Origin: an uncultured delta proteobacterium
Lineage (GTDB): Bacteria > Bdellovibrionota > FAC87 > UBA2466
Assembly: GCA_963778115.1 (NCBI GenBank)
Contig: CAVZSV010000005.1
Span: 224,001 to 288,000, forward strand
Length of the DNA stretch: 64,000 nucleotides
Direction of reading: 5' to 3'
Within the stretch, counting starts at the first letter, position 1; each line of letters starts with the position of its first letter. This document shows, one piece after another, positions 27,084 through 37,397 of the stretch. A program made the position numbers and the translations under genes. The notes beneath the pieces were generated by a model, which did not search any database, was not told where the DNA came from, and saw only the letters and a program-made list of their open reading frames with translations.

Positions 27084-28229
27084 GTGGTGTTGTTTCCGTT
27101 CCTGCTCTTAGTGCTGGTAGCAATCGCGGTCTGGGATACCTCCAAAGGTTTTGATAGCCTCCGCGGTATTGCTCAATTTCCCCCGACCTCATCGAACCCG
27201 ACCGAGGTGCCCCCCATGATTTCGGTCGTGGTGGCCGCTCGAAACGAAGAATTGCATATCGGAGGTGCTGTACGTTCTTTACTGGAACAGGATTATCCCT
27301 CTTATGAAGTCATTGTCGTTAATGACCGCTCCAATGACGATACGGGAGAAATCCTAAAGTCCTTGCAGGCGGAATTTCCTGAACTCAATGTAGTCGACAT
27401 CGATTCTCTTCCCGATGGCTGGATCGGAAAGAATTATGCTTTATGGCGCGGTGCTGAGCAGGCCAAAGGCGAGTGGATCTTATTCGCCGACGCGGATATC
27501 CATATGGACCCAGAGGTCTTTGGCCGCGCGATGTCGGTGGCCAAGGATTTCGATCATGTGACTATTCTTCCTGACTTTTATTCCGTAGATAGATGGGTGG
27601 GAGCTTTCGCTTTGGTTTTTACGGTGTTTTTTCTGGTTTCGGTTCAGCCATGGCGGTTAAAAAATCCCAGTGCGCGGTATGCAGTGGGAATTGGGGCTTT
27701 CAATCTTATCCGCCGAAAGGTCTATAAGGAAATTGGTACCCACCAAGCGATTGCACTTAGGCCTGATGATGATGTGAAGCTGGGAAAACTGGTGAAGCTG
27801 TTTGGTTTTCGCCAAGAGCTTTTGATCGGGCGTCCCTTGGTGAAGTTTGAATTTTATCCCTCTCTGCTGGCGACGATCCGGGGGTTTGAGAAAAACTTCT
27901 TCGCGGGTCTCGATTATAGCGTTTTCAAAGTGTTCGTGTCCACGCTAGCTCTGTTAGTCATCTATGCGTTCCCCTGGATGGGAGTGGTAGTGGGACCCGG
28001 CTGGCTTAGAGTTGCTTATGCTCTGGTCGTGGGGCTTGAATATTTCCTAATGTTTCGTGTCGCGCGAAAGCTGGGCCACCCTCGTTGGCGTGCTGCTGTT
28101 TTCCCCTTCGGAGTGGCGCTATTTATAGTGATCTTATGGGAGTCGACGTTTGCGACTTTGTTAAGGAGTGGGGTGCTGTGGCGGGAGACGTTTTATCCGT
28201 TGGAGGAGTTGCGCAGGAATACGATTTAG
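27084..28229 (+). CDS. GT2 glycosyltransferase (HpnB/CrtQ-like)
   Basis: VAARNEE, VNDRSNDDT, LPDGWIGKNYAL, FADAD, DDDVKLG, C-terminal TM helices and WR. Confidence 0.88.
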   Translation: MVLFPFLLLVLVAIAVWDTSKGFDSLRGIAQFPPTSSNPTEVPPMISVVVAARNEELHIGGAVRSLLEQDYPSYEVIVVNDRSNDDTGEILKSLQAEFPELNVVDIDSLPDGWIGKNYALWRGAEQAKGEWILFADADIHMDPEVFGRAMSVAKDFDHVTILPDFYSVDRWVGAFALVFTVFFLVSVQPWRLKNPSARYAVGIGAFNLIRRKVYKEIGTHQAIALRPDDDVKLGKLVKLFGFRQELLIGRPLVKFEFYPSLLATIRGFEKNFFAGLDYSVFKVFVSTLALLVIYAFPWMGVVVGPGWLRVAYALVVGLEYFLMFRVARKLGHPRWRAAVFPFGVALFIVILWESTFATLLRSGVLWRETFYPLEELRRNTI

Positions 28230-28367
28230 GGGGAATGGCTAGATAGCACTTCCCCGCTGCCTTTAACCGTGGCACCGCTCAATAGAGACATTTTTTCGGA
28301 CTTCTTTTCTCTAAATTCAAATATTTTATAGCGTGACAGATCTTCTCGAAACTCCTCGTACCTATGT

Positions 28368-30716
28368 CTACTTCCTTGCCCTTCTCGGATGCGCTTTTCG
28401 CACCTTCGAGGGGTTTAGTCCTTTGGTGAGGAGATCCACCCATCCGCCGTCATTTTGGCCCAAGGGTTTTCCTTCGTACCAGCTCCAGTTAAAGAACACG
28501 ACCGAGCCCTGGCCGTACGGAATCTCTCCCACGGCGGCTTCGCTTCCTGCGGCATAGTACACCTTCGTATTCGCCGGAAGCTGGGGCGTTTGAAAAGAAT
28601 AATTGCTTCCGTTATTGGGTAGACTTTCCGCCGCACCCGCAAACACACTGCCCGCTGCGACCATGTCCGCTTTGGTATAAGTGTTTTGTTGGGAAGCCTG
28701 TCCCGCGGTGAGGCCGAAACTAAAAACCGAATTTACCCAATCCGTAACGTAGTTATAGGGATAGAAGAACCAAACATTCCCCCCGCTATTGACGAAATTT
28801 TGGACTACTTGAATGGCATCAGGAGCCAGCGTCCAAGGGGCTGAGATATAGGGAAGGACCAGCACCTGTTTCCCATCAAGCGCTGCTTGCAGATCGGAAG
28901 CCGCGAAGTTTTGGAAATAGTTTACGGTCGTTGCGGCCTCCAACGCTTTTCCTAGGGCATAGCCGGTATTATCCATATCCATTCCGGCCTGCGTATAGCT
29001 GGGGTTTAGAAAGAAAGCGACGCCACTTCTTAGCATTTGGACCATGCCCAAAGCAATACCGTCATCAGCGGAGAAGGGCAGGACGGTCTTGCCATCGAAA
29101 ACCGCATTGTCGAAAAACGTCCCTTTCGTTTCCGCTCCGGTCATGGTGGCGCCGCGCAGACTGACATTAGACATGTCTGATAGCTCGAGGTTGCTCTGCT
29201 CCAAGCGGGCCCCTGAAAAATCAGCGCCGGGAAAATTGGCCCGCGAAAGATCGGCAGATCTAAGAATGGTATCGACAAATTTGGTTTGGCTTGCGGAAAC
29301 CCCTTCCATGACGGCTGAAGCTAAGTCTGCATTGGAAAAATCGGCTTGGTCCACCACGGCATCATTAAACTGGACCTGCTCCATGACGGCCCCGCGGAAA
29401 TTGGCTCCGGTGGCTTTTACATTTAAGAGCTTGGCGCTTGTGAAATTAGCCATGGAAAAATTGCCTTGAGCCAAAGTGGCTCCCGTAAAATCCGCGTAAG
29501 TAGCAACCAGCGAATCGGCGGTGACCGCAGTCAAGTCCGCGCCGTTGAAGTCCGCACTGTCAGCGGCGGCTTTGGTTAAGATGGCTTTTCCAAAATGAGC
29601 ATTATTAAACAAAGCGGCAGAGAGGCTGGCTCCGATGAGGCTCGCTCCATCAAGGGCGGCTGAGGTGAAATTGGTCTTTTTCGCGGAAACCCCATCCATG
29701 ATTGCCGTCTTTAAATCTGCACCGGTGAAATCGGCACCGTCGGTCTTAGCCGATTTAAAGACAGCTCCCTCAAGGATCGTGCTATCGAATTGCGCCCCCA
29801 AAAGCGAAGAGTTGGTGAAATCCGCTTTAGAGAAATCGGAGTTCTTAAAATTCATTTGGTCGAGAACGATATTGCTTAGGTTAGTCCCCACGGCTTTGAT
29901 TCCCGAAAGGTTAATTCCCTTTAGTGTCAGCCCCGAGAGGTTGGCGTTACTGATTTGAGCACCGGTAAGATTAACGCCGGTAATGGTAGCCCCACTTAAA
30001 ACCGCGTTCTGTAAATCGGCATTGGTGAAATCAGCATTGGTAAGATCGGCATTTCCGAAATTGGCGCCTTTGAGATCTAGCCCTTTAAAGGAAGCTCCTT
30101 GGAGTTTAGCTTCTCGAAAGGTCGCATTTTCTATAATGGCTTGAGTAAAATCGCAGGAATCAAATTCAGCCTCTCCGTAACGCCCTTGAGAAAGAGTGGC
30201 TCCGGTAAAGAGCGACTGTTGAAAAATGGCGGAGGCCGCAAAGACCAACGTGAGATTAGCCCCTTTGAAATCGGCCTTTACGTAAGTATTTCCTCCGAGT
30301 TTCGCTTGAGTAAGGTTTGTCCCCTCAAAGATCGGAGCGTTATAAGTGTTAAAGCCTCTTAAGTCGCTATTGGTGAGATCGGCTTGATTAAAGATAGCGC
30401 CATCTATTTTGGCGTCATTTAGGGTAGCTCCTTTGAGAACAGCTCCGGTCAAGTTGGCGTTGGTCAAAGTGGCTTTTTGAAGATTGCTACCAGTAAAGTT
30501 AGATCCTTTAAGGTCCTTCCCTGTGAAATCCTGACCTTGAAGCGTTTGATTAGACTGGTCTCCACATTCACCCACATAAGCCGGGTTGTAACCGGCCTTC
30601 CCGGTGGAATCGACGCATTGGCCATTCGTCCACCGAAATCCACCGTCTGTGGCCAATAACCAGGGGGAGGTGACCATCAAACAGAGTAGGACGATTCGTT
30701 TCAAAGTAGCCATCAT
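28368..30716 (-). CDS. Secreted pentapeptide-repeat protein with C-terminal alpha/beta domain
   Basis: Signal peptide, Cys-capped N-terminus, roughly 490 aa of A(D/N)(F/L)xx repeats, then a GATase-like (VQNFVNSGG, YGQGSVVFF) domain. Confidence 0.92.
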   Translation of the reverse strand: MMATLKRIVLLCLMVTSPWLLATDGGFRWTNGQCVDSTGKAGYNPAYVGECGDQSNQTLQGQDFTGKDLKGSNFTGSNLQKATLTNANLTGAVLKGATLNDAKIDGAIFNQADLTNSDLRGFNTYNAPIFEGTNLTQAKLGGNTYVKADFKGANLTLVFAASAIFQQSLFTGATLSQGRYGEAEFDSCDFTQAIIENATFREAKLQGASFKGLDLKGANFGNADLTNADFTNADLQNAVLSGATITGVNLTGAQISNANLSGLTLKGINLSGIKAVGTNLSNIVLDQMNFKNSDFSKADFTNSSLLGAQFDSTILEGAVFKSAKTDGADFTGADLKTAIMDGVSAKKTNFTSAALDGASLIGASLSAALFNNAHFGKAILTKAAADSADFNGADLTAVTADSLVATYADFTGATLAQGNFSMANFTSAKLLNVKATGANFRGAVMEQVQFNDAVVDQADFSNADLASAVMEGVSASQTKFVDTILRSADLSRANFPGADFSGARLEQSNLELSDMSNVSLRGATMTGAETKGTFFDNAVFDGKTVLPFSADDGIALGMVQMLRSGVAFFLNPSYTQAGMDMDNTGYALGKALEAATTVNYFQNFAASDLQAALDGKQVLVLPYISAPWTLAPDAIQVVQNFVNSGGNVWFFYPYNYVTDWVNSVFSFGLTAGQASQQNTYTKADMVAAGSVFAGAAESLPNNGSNYSFQTPQLPANTKVYYAAGSEAAVGEIPYGQGSVVFFNWSWYEGKPLGQNDGGWVDLLTKGLNPSKVRKAHPRRARK

Positions 30717-30893
30717 GAGGTTTCCTTGGGTGATATTAGAAAAATTAGAATGACGTATTGTTTCTAGGAGTTCGCAAGGAAGTCACGACTCTGCGTGCAA
30801 AACCCCATCAAAAAATAAACGAAACGCAGCGCCCCTTGCTATAGTTTTCGCAAACTTTGAGAATGTGGACTCAAAGGCCAGAGGATCGCAACT

Positions 30894-32078
30894 GTGAAAC
30901 CTACGTCGTGGATTTTGGTGTGCTTCCTTGTCGTTCTCTTTTCAATCTTGGGAATTAAAATAGATGGCGCTTCAGCCCGGGTGAAACCTAAAGCCCAGAC
31001 TGTGGCTTATGCCGAACTTCTCTATCAAAGAATCGTCGGAGTTCCCGTTTCGGTAAACAATCCTGTCTATGAAAAGATGGGAGATCTTATCGCCAACAAT
31101 GATTATCTAGAAGCTGCGACCCTAGCCCAAGAGGATCACCACTTCTATTCGGTGCGGGTGAGAAATTTTGCCGCTCCGATGACTAATAAGGCCGAAGACC
31201 CGTCGGAACCCTTTAATGACATGCAGGCTATGATCATTGGAGTGACTCGCGATGAACTGGATGCGAGACTTCTTTTAACCGGAAATTTCCGTTATCAAGG
31301 CTATTCCAACCTGGGATTACCCGCGGTCTCCAGGGCTAACAACGACCACTACCAAGCGTTTGATGATCAAGGTTATGATTACTGGGCCAATTTGACTCAA
31401 GTCTCTCCTCAATGGAGTGACGTTGCTGAAAGCGCTGGAGTTTTAACTTCCAGAGCGTGGGCGAAAGCGCATTACATCGCAGGCACCAATCGTCGTGGGG
31501 TTCAATTTACGTTTCAAGAATTTTTGTGCACTCCCATCGATCAATGGAAAGATCCAGGGCTACCTGATCATTTCGTGCGGCGGGATGTGGATCGAAGCCC
31601 CGATGGAAATCCCAATACCTACGAAACGTTTTGCCGCAATTGCCATGCTCCCATGGATGCTTTGGGAGGCGCTCTGGCAAGATTTGATTTTCAAAATGAT
31701 ACTCTCCTTTATTACCCGACTTCGATTGCTCCCAAATATAATCAAAATATCACCGTCTATCCTGATGGCTATGTAACGGTGAATGACAACTGGATAAACT
31801 ACGTTACGGCAAATCAGAACCAAGCCTTCGGCTGGCGCGGAGCGCTTCAAGGAGTGGGTATTCACGATTTTGCGGCGATGATGGCGAACTCGCGTGGGTT
31901 TTCGGCCTGCATGGTGAAACGTGTGTTTCAAGAGGTGTGTAACCGAACGCCAGTAGCCAGTGACGCTACGGTCATCAGTTCGTTGACCGACGGATTCGAA
32001 GCGAATCAATACAATTTGAAAAAGCTATTTGCCCAAGTGAGCATCGATCCGACTTGCATACCTCACTCTACTCCATAA
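30894..32078 (+). CDS. Secreted hypothetical protein with CxxCH (DUF1585-like C-terminus)
   Basis: Signal peptide; RIVGVP, AGVLTSRAW, GTNRR, CRNCHAPMD, FSACMVKRVFQEVC, YNLKKLFA. Confidence 0.75.
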   Translation: MKPTSWILVCFLVVLFSILGIKIDGASARVKPKAQTVAYAELLYQRIVGVPVSVNNPVYEKMGDLIANNDYLEAATLAQEDHHFYSVRVRNFAAPMTNKAEDPSEPFNDMQAMIIGVTRDELDARLLLTGNFRYQGYSNLGLPAVSRANNDHYQAFDDQGYDYWANLTQVSPQWSDVAESAGVLTSRAWAKAHYIAGTNRRGVQFTFQEFLCTPIDQWKDPGLPDHFVRRDVDRSPDGNPNTYETFCRNCHAPMDALGGALARFDFQNDTLLYYPTSIAPKYNQNITVYPDGYVTVNDNWINYVTANQNQAFGWRGALQGVGIHDFAAMMANSRGFSACMVKRVFQEVCNRTPVASDATVISSLTDGFEANQYNLKKLFAQVSIDPTCIPHSTP

Positions 32079-32090
32079 AGGGGGAACGTC

Positions 32091-32639
32091 ATGAAGTTCG
32101 CATTTGCATTTCTTATGGGAGTGTTTTTGGCCTTCTCGACGACAAGCAGAGCGGAAACCCTAAGGCTTCGTAATTTCCGAGAATTGTTGGCCACCTATGA
32201 AGTGACCACCGGAGTCAGTGCTAGCGATTTTGCAGTGGCAGCGACCTATGCGCAGGTAAAAAGCCGTTTGCCGTTTAAAGGGCAGGTGGGCGAGTTGAGT
32301 TCTCCGACCCTTCTTGCGATCTATGCCCTTGCGGGAAGCTTTTGCTCCGCGATGGTAAAGCTAGAGGCCGCGGAATTGCCTTCCGAAAGAATGGCCTTTG
32401 GGGATATCGATTTTACCAAAGGGACGGCTCAGTTTACTCCCGTCCTTCAAAATGCCGTTCTTAGTCGGCTCTCTTCCAACTTTTGGCAGAGAGACATGAC
32501 GGCCGACGAAACGGCGAACCTGACTCAAACCTTTAACGATCTGGTTTCCGCCAGTGGGGCGGGAGCTACGGACACCCAAAATGTGGCCTTCATGCTGTGC
32601 TCGGAGTTTGGCTCAAGCTTAGGCTTTCTTGTGAACTAA
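32091..32639 (+). CDS. Secreted hypothetical protein
   Basis: Signal peptide ending SRA, two cysteines, RBS AGGGGG. Confidence 0.75.
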   Translation: MKFAFAFLMGVFLAFSTTSRAETLRLRNFRELLATYEVTTGVSASDFAVAATYAQVKSRLPFKGQVGELSSPTLLAIYALAGSFCSAMVKLEAAELPSERMAFGDIDFTKGTAQFTPVLQNAVLSRLSSNFWQRDMTADETANLTQTFNDLVSASGAGATDTQNVAFMLCSEFGSSLGFLVN

Positions 32640-32650
32640 AGGAAAATACC

Positions 32651-34066
32651 ATGTCAGAAAAAAAGAACCGTCCTCTGTTCTTGCATGGAAAGCCCATTAC
32701 TCGTCGTCAGATGTTGGCCTCGGGGGTCATCGGATTTGCAGGTGCCATGAGCTTGCCGGATTTACTAGGACTTAGCCTTAGAAAAGCGTACGGATCGCTC
32801 GTCAAAGAGGGAAAAGTGCACGATATAGGCCTTCCCTTCATCGCTTTTGACATGGCCGGAGGCGGCGCGCTTTCCGGAAATTTCTTAGTGGGCAAACAAG
32901 GCGGCCCGACCGATTTGCTCGCCAGTTACGATCAGCTGGGTTGGAATCCAAGATCCACGGGCGCACTTTTCAGCGATTTCGGACTTCCGGTGGCCGCGAC
33001 CGCAAGTCAATTGCTTGCAGGAATCTTGGCCGGGACGACTCCCGAAGCTCGCGCCAATCTTAGGCTGGGAAGCATTTGTCACTTTTCGCAGGACGACTCC
33101 TCGACTAATAAGCTAAATCCCGCGGCGTTAGTGTTAAAAGCAACACAGCCGGGGCAATACATTTCCAATGGTTTAGGAAATGTGAATTCGACATCGGGCG
33201 GAAACAGCGACACCGCTTTGCCCGATCTGACCTTAAAGCCCACTTACGTAAGCGATCTTAACGACGTTCTAGGCGCCGCCAAGTTCGGTGGCGATGCCTA
33301 TTCGAGCGTGAACATGAACCAGCTCAAAGCGCTAGCCAAAGGGAGTCTCGCTTTATCGGCCACCCAGGGAAAAATGTTGATGGGAGACTCCGGCGGACCG
33401 ACACTTCAGGAGTTAGCTCAGATCGCCTATCAGAAAAATATAGACTTTGTGCAAGGCGTATCGGGGCTAGATCCCAGAGCGGATGCGACCATGTCAGCCC
33501 TCTATGGAATTACCACGGCCACCCCGACTTCCGATCCGAATGTGATATCGGCCGCCATCGCGATGAATGCCCTTAACGGGAACTCAGGGCCCGGAGTCTG
33601 GACCGTGGGAGGCTGCGATTACCACGACGGAACTCAAAGTACGGGAGATGCCAAGGATCTTGAGATGGGAACCGCTATCGGACGGGCCATTGAAGCGGCC
33701 CACAAGATGCAAAAGCCGCTCTTTTTCCAGCTGCTGACGGACGGTGGCCTATCGGCACAGCAGGGTACTCGAAACTGGCAAGAGGACTCCGGCAGCAAAG
33801 GGATGACCATTGTGGGCTTTTACCATCCCAAGGCAGCGCCTAAGTTCCATAAAAATCAAATTCAGATTGGCTACTACACCGACGCGCAAGCCGCCGAACG
33901 TTCCACTTTAATTGGCTCCGATCCGCTGCTCGTGGCCTATGCGGTCTTTGCGAATTACCTGAATTGCTCGGGGCTGATTTCGAAGTTCAACGATTTGGTT
34001 CCCGGTGTGTTTACGGGCGCCGGGGAGCTGGATAGTGTTCTGGTCTTCGACGGCGCTCCCGCATGA
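32651..34066 (+). CDS. Tat-exported hypothetical protein (DUF1501-like)
   Basis: Twin-arginine motif ITRRQMLASGVIGF; PFIAFDMAGG; GGCDYHDGT; LLTDGG. Confidence 0.7.
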   Translation: MSEKKNRPLFLHGKPITRRQMLASGVIGFAGAMSLPDLLGLSLRKAYGSLVKEGKVHDIGLPFIAFDMAGGGALSGNFLVGKQGGPTDLLASYDQLGWNPRSTGALFSDFGLPVAATASQLLAGILAGTTPEARANLRLGSICHFSQDDSSTNKLNPAALVLKATQPGQYISNGLGNVNSTSGGNSDTALPDLTLKPTYVSDLNDVLGAAKFGGDAYSSVNMNQLKALAKGSLALSATQGKMLMGDSGGPTLQELAQIAYQKNIDFVQGVSGLDPRADATMSALYGITTATPTSDPNVISAAIAMNALNGNSGPGVWTVGGCDYHDGTQSTGDAKDLEMGTAIGRAIEAAHKMQKPLFFQLLTDGGLSAQQGTRNWQEDSGSKGMTIVGFYHPKAAPKFHKNQIQIGYYTDAQAAERSTLIGSDPLLVAYAVFANYLNCSGLISKFNDLVPGVFTGAGELDSVLVFDGAPA

Positions 34067-35241
34067 ATCGTCGACGCTTAGTCCTGGTCTTAACGCTATT
34101 GACTCTGTGGAGTGGCGGCGGTGAAGCCTCTTCGGTTGTTCTTTCTTCTCATGTTTTACAGGCTTCTCTCGATCAGACGGCTCCTTGTACTAGCGGTATC
34201 ACGGCATTTCAAAATACCGTTTACGCAAAAATAACCAGAGACTGCAAACTTTGCCACGACGGCTCCAATGCGGCGGCACCGGCCTACGATTCGGGCGACC
34301 TCACCCAGACCTATTTTTCGGTAAGTAACTATGTCGATTTTCAGAATCCCGAGACTTCCACCTTTGTCGTGCGAGCAGGCAACGGTCACTGTGGGTTAGA
34401 CAATTGCGATACGGCTTCGGGAGCTGACATGCTTACGCAAGTGAAAGCTTGGTGGGATCAGGGGCAAAAGACGTGTCAGGTAAATGGCAAATATTTTACC
34501 GCGGAACTTCCCGTTCCCGCAGATCTGCCCGAAAAGACCGCTTGGACATTGCTTCAATGGGACCTTTCGACGGTGTCGTTAAATCTTACCGGTTTTACTT
34601 TCGGTATTGACGCCCAGTATTTACTAAAGCCTTCGGCCACCAACGCAGGGGCTTACCGCTTCCGAAAGCCTCGGCTATTAACGGGAAATAGACCGGTTCA
34701 TGTCAATAACATTAAGATTCTCATCAACCGCGGTTTTAATCCGATCGATAATATCTATACGATCGTAGATCGCATCGTCTCTCCGCAGCACGGACCGGCC
34801 GGCGAAGCGGCCCCCTATCCGACACTTTCGGCCGATACTTTGATTACGATTCCGCAGACCGCTTCCGATAAATTGTCGATCGCCTTTGATGTTATTCAAC
34901 TAGCGAGTTCGGTTCCCTGCAAAGCTCTGGATAACTTTACCGACAATATTTTCCCTTATTTTCGTCAAGGGACCTGCTTCTCTTGCCATGGAGGGGAGGG
35001 GGGAGCCGGTACCAGCCCCGCCAATGTCACCTATAATATGGATCTGCCCAACGACCAACTCTGTCAGGGAGTCAGAGAGCGTGTGGATTTTAGTGACGCG
35101 ATTCAATCCCCGTTTCTTTCATTCGGCGCTCGAGGAAAGTTCGATCATCCTCAAACCCTTCCCAACCCCGACACTTTCGCACAGGATTTTTTGACTTGGA
35201 CCCAGGCGGAAGCGGCCCAGCCAAATTCGCTGCCGCACTAA
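34063..35241 (+). CDS. Secreted c-type cytochrome-like protein (two CxxCH)
   Basis: Signal peptide; CKLCH and CFSCH motifs in two similar domains; additional HC...C. Confidence 0.75.
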   Translation: MNRRRLVLVLTLLTLWSGGGEASSVVLSSHVLQASLDQTAPCTSGITAFQNTVYAKITRDCKLCHDGSNAAAPAYDSGDLTQTYFSVSNYVDFQNPETSTFVVRAGNGHCGLDNCDTASGADMLTQVKAWWDQGQKTCQVNGKYFTAELPVPADLPEKTAWTLLQWDLSTVSLNLTGFTFGIDAQYLLKPSATNAGAYRFRKPRLLTGNRPVHVNNIKILINRGFNPIDNIYTIVDRIVSPQHGPAGEAAPYPTLSADTLITIPQTASDKLSIAFDVIQLASSVPCKALDNFTDNIFPYFRQGTCFSCHGGEGGAGTSPANVTYNMDLPNDQLCQGVRERVDFSDAIQSPFLSFGARGKFDHPQTLPNPDTFAQDFLTWTQAEAAQPNSLPH

Positions 35242-35285
35242 AAGGGATTTAAAGCAATCCGTTACCTTGCCATCCCTTGCTTAAT

Positions 35286-35349
35286 TGGACTCGAGGTAAC
35301 GTGGACTCGAGGTAACGTGGACTCGAGGTAACGTGGACTCGAGGTAACG
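35286..35349 (+). repeat. Perfect tandem repeat, 4 x 16 bp (TGGACTCGAGGTAACG)
   Basis: Four identical contiguous units with no spacers, intergenic. Confidence 0.97.
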
Positions 35350-35439
35350 GATACGTTTAGGCAAACTAAGTAAACTCCCGTTGTCATAGGTTTTTAGCGT
35401 TCATCTTGAAAAACCGACCTGGTGTGTTAAGGCTGACCT

Positions 35440-37293
35440 ATGCAAAAAATACTTATGGGTTTATTAGGGGTACTTTTTTCCGTTTCCGCAGTTGCTGAAA
35501 GTGATATCGCGGATGCTAGCCAAAAAGCATTAACCCTTCTCCCGGAGGAAAGGCTCGTCACGATCCTTTCTACCAATGACATCCATGGAGGGGTGGAACC
35601 TAGCCAAGATCCCAGTGGTAAAGCTTGGGGGGGCTTAGCCCTTTGGTCGGGTGCCGTGAAATCCATCCGGCAGGGGATTCAAAAAAGGTATCAAGCCCAT
35701 GCCGGGACGTTAGTTCTCGATGCGGGGGATCAGTTTCAAGGAACTCTCATTAGTAACTATGATGAAGGGCAGCTCGTTTTTGCGGCCATGAATGCCGTGG
35801 GTTACGACGCGGCCATTCCCGGAAATCATGATTTCGATTTTGGTCCGATTGGCTGGCTGGTCGATCAGTCAAGCGACCCTTCCAAGCGGTTAGAGGCACT
35901 GACTCGGGTGGCCTCAGAAGCCTCCTTCCCTCTGCTTTCCGCGAACACCTTCTTAAGAAGCTCCATTCAAGATTCCAGCGCAAGGTCCATTGAAGTGGAA
36001 AATGCCAACTGTAAGCCAGTGTCCTTGGGAACCATTGATTGGAGCCGTGCCAAAAATCCCGCTTTTTTGAAACCCTATAAGATTTTCTCTTTGGCTGACG
36101 TCCGAGTGGCTGTCATTGGAGTCGATAATCCGATGACTCCCAAGAGTACGACCGCCGACAATGTCAGTGATCTCTGTTTTGCCGATCCGGGCGATACTTA
36201 TCTTCGCTGGAGAAATGCCTTAGCCTCTCAGGCAGACGTGTTTGTCATGATCATTCATGATGGAGATGTCATGGGGCAACATAAGATGCTGGAGTTCGTA
36301 GAAAAGCTTAATCCCCAGGGCGCACATCAGATAGACGCGGTCATCTCGGGCCATACGCACATGAATTACAATGAGGATGCCAATGGAGTGCCGGTCATCC
36401 AGTCGGGCTCGGGAGGGAAAAACTTTGGTCGCATCGATCTGGTATGGAACACGACGACAAAAAGTCTCAACGCTTCCAAAACGCGAAGTTTTGCGGGAAT
36501 TAGATTGCTGGGACAAGCGTGCGATGAAAAGGCCAAGCCCTTTTGCAGTGTGGTCAAAGGAACGGTAAAGTACGAAGGGGTCACGATGGTGGCGGATCCG
36601 GTGGTGAATAGTGCCATTCAAAAGGCGCGATCCGCCGTTCAGTCATTGGCGTCGAGACGTCTTGGAAGGGCCGCGAAAGAGATGGATCACGACCGGACGA
36701 AAGAGAGCCAGCTGTCGGATGCGATCTGTGATTCGTTACGTGATATGACCGGGGCCGATGTCGCTTTTATCAATGGGAGTGGTCTTAGAGCCCCCATTCG
36801 GCAAGGAGATTTCACTTACGAAGACCTCTTTCGCGTGTTGCCCTTTAATAACCACGAAATGGTTATAGGCCCCATGACGACAGCACAACTCGTCGAGCTG
36901 ATAGGGCGGTCTGTGAAGAGCTGCGGAACTATAGACGCTTTGATGCAAAGCGGACTTAAAGTGACGTTTCAGCGCAATTGTAACAAGGCACCGGCCAAAG
37001 AAAGTGGAATCGACGATAGTGCGCAATTACTTCATGTCGAGACTCTTGCCGGAGAAGTTCTTTTTGATGCCAATCCGACCGTGGCCAAAGCGGTCACCGC
37101 CAATAGGTCGTTTAAGGTAGCCACACTAGATTTTCTAGCTGCTGGTGGTTCGGGCTATGCGACATTTAAGACAGCTCCTCTCATTGAAGACAAAGGGATC
37201 TTCCGCGAAGCTTTGACCAACGGATTCCTTAAGCAGCCCGCTAACTGGAACGGGGATATAGACGGGCGGTGGAAGGATTTAGGAACGCCGTAG
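35440..37293 (+). CDS. Secreted 5'-nucleotidase / bifunctional metallophosphoesterase (UshA-like)
   Basis: TNDIHG, LDAGDQFQG, GNHDFDFG, SGHTH, NGSGLRA, VLPFNN, DFLAAGGSGY. Confidence 0.93.
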   Translation: MQKILMGLLGVLFSVSAVAESDIADASQKALTLLPEERLVTILSTNDIHGGVEPSQDPSGKAWGGLALWSGAVKSIRQGIQKRYQAHAGTLVLDAGDQFQGTLISNYDEGQLVFAAMNAVGYDAAIPGNHDFDFGPIGWLVDQSSDPSKRLEALTRVASEASFPLLSANTFLRSSIQDSSARSIEVENANCKPVSLGTIDWSRAKNPAFLKPYKIFSLADVRVAVIGVDNPMTPKSTTADNVSDLCFADPGDTYLRWRNALASQADVFVMIIHDGDVMGQHKMLEFVEKLNPQGAHQIDAVISGHTHMNYNEDANGVPVIQSGSGGKNFGRIDLVWNTTTKSLNASKTRSFAGIRLLGQACDEKAKPFCSVVKGTVKYEGVTMVADPVVNSAIQKARSAVQSLASRRLGRAAKEMDHDRTKESQLSDAICDSLRDMTGADVAFINGSGLRAPIRQGDFTYEDLFRVLPFNNHEMVIGPMTTAQLVELIGRSVKSCGTIDALMQSGLKVTFQRNCNKAPAKESGIDDSAQLLHVETLAGEVLFDANPTVAKAVTANRSFKVATLDFLAAGGSGYATFKTAPLIEDKGIFREALTNGFLKQPANWNGDIDGRWKDLGTP

Positions 37294-37397
37294 AGGGCTC
37301 TTCTTACTCCTTCGTAAAAATTCTAACCGAAGCTCCACTTGTCATCGTCGATGGCTCGGCGTATTTTCGATCCACCTTTCCAGGAGGCGATTACCTT

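Noticed and set aside
28368..30716. Qnr/MfpA-type quinolone resistance gene
   Set aside because: Signal peptide, much greater length and an extra domain are inconsistent with cytoplasmic gyrase-protecting proteins.
35286..35349. CRISPR array
   Set aside because: Units are 16 bp, contiguous, with no spacers and no cas genes.
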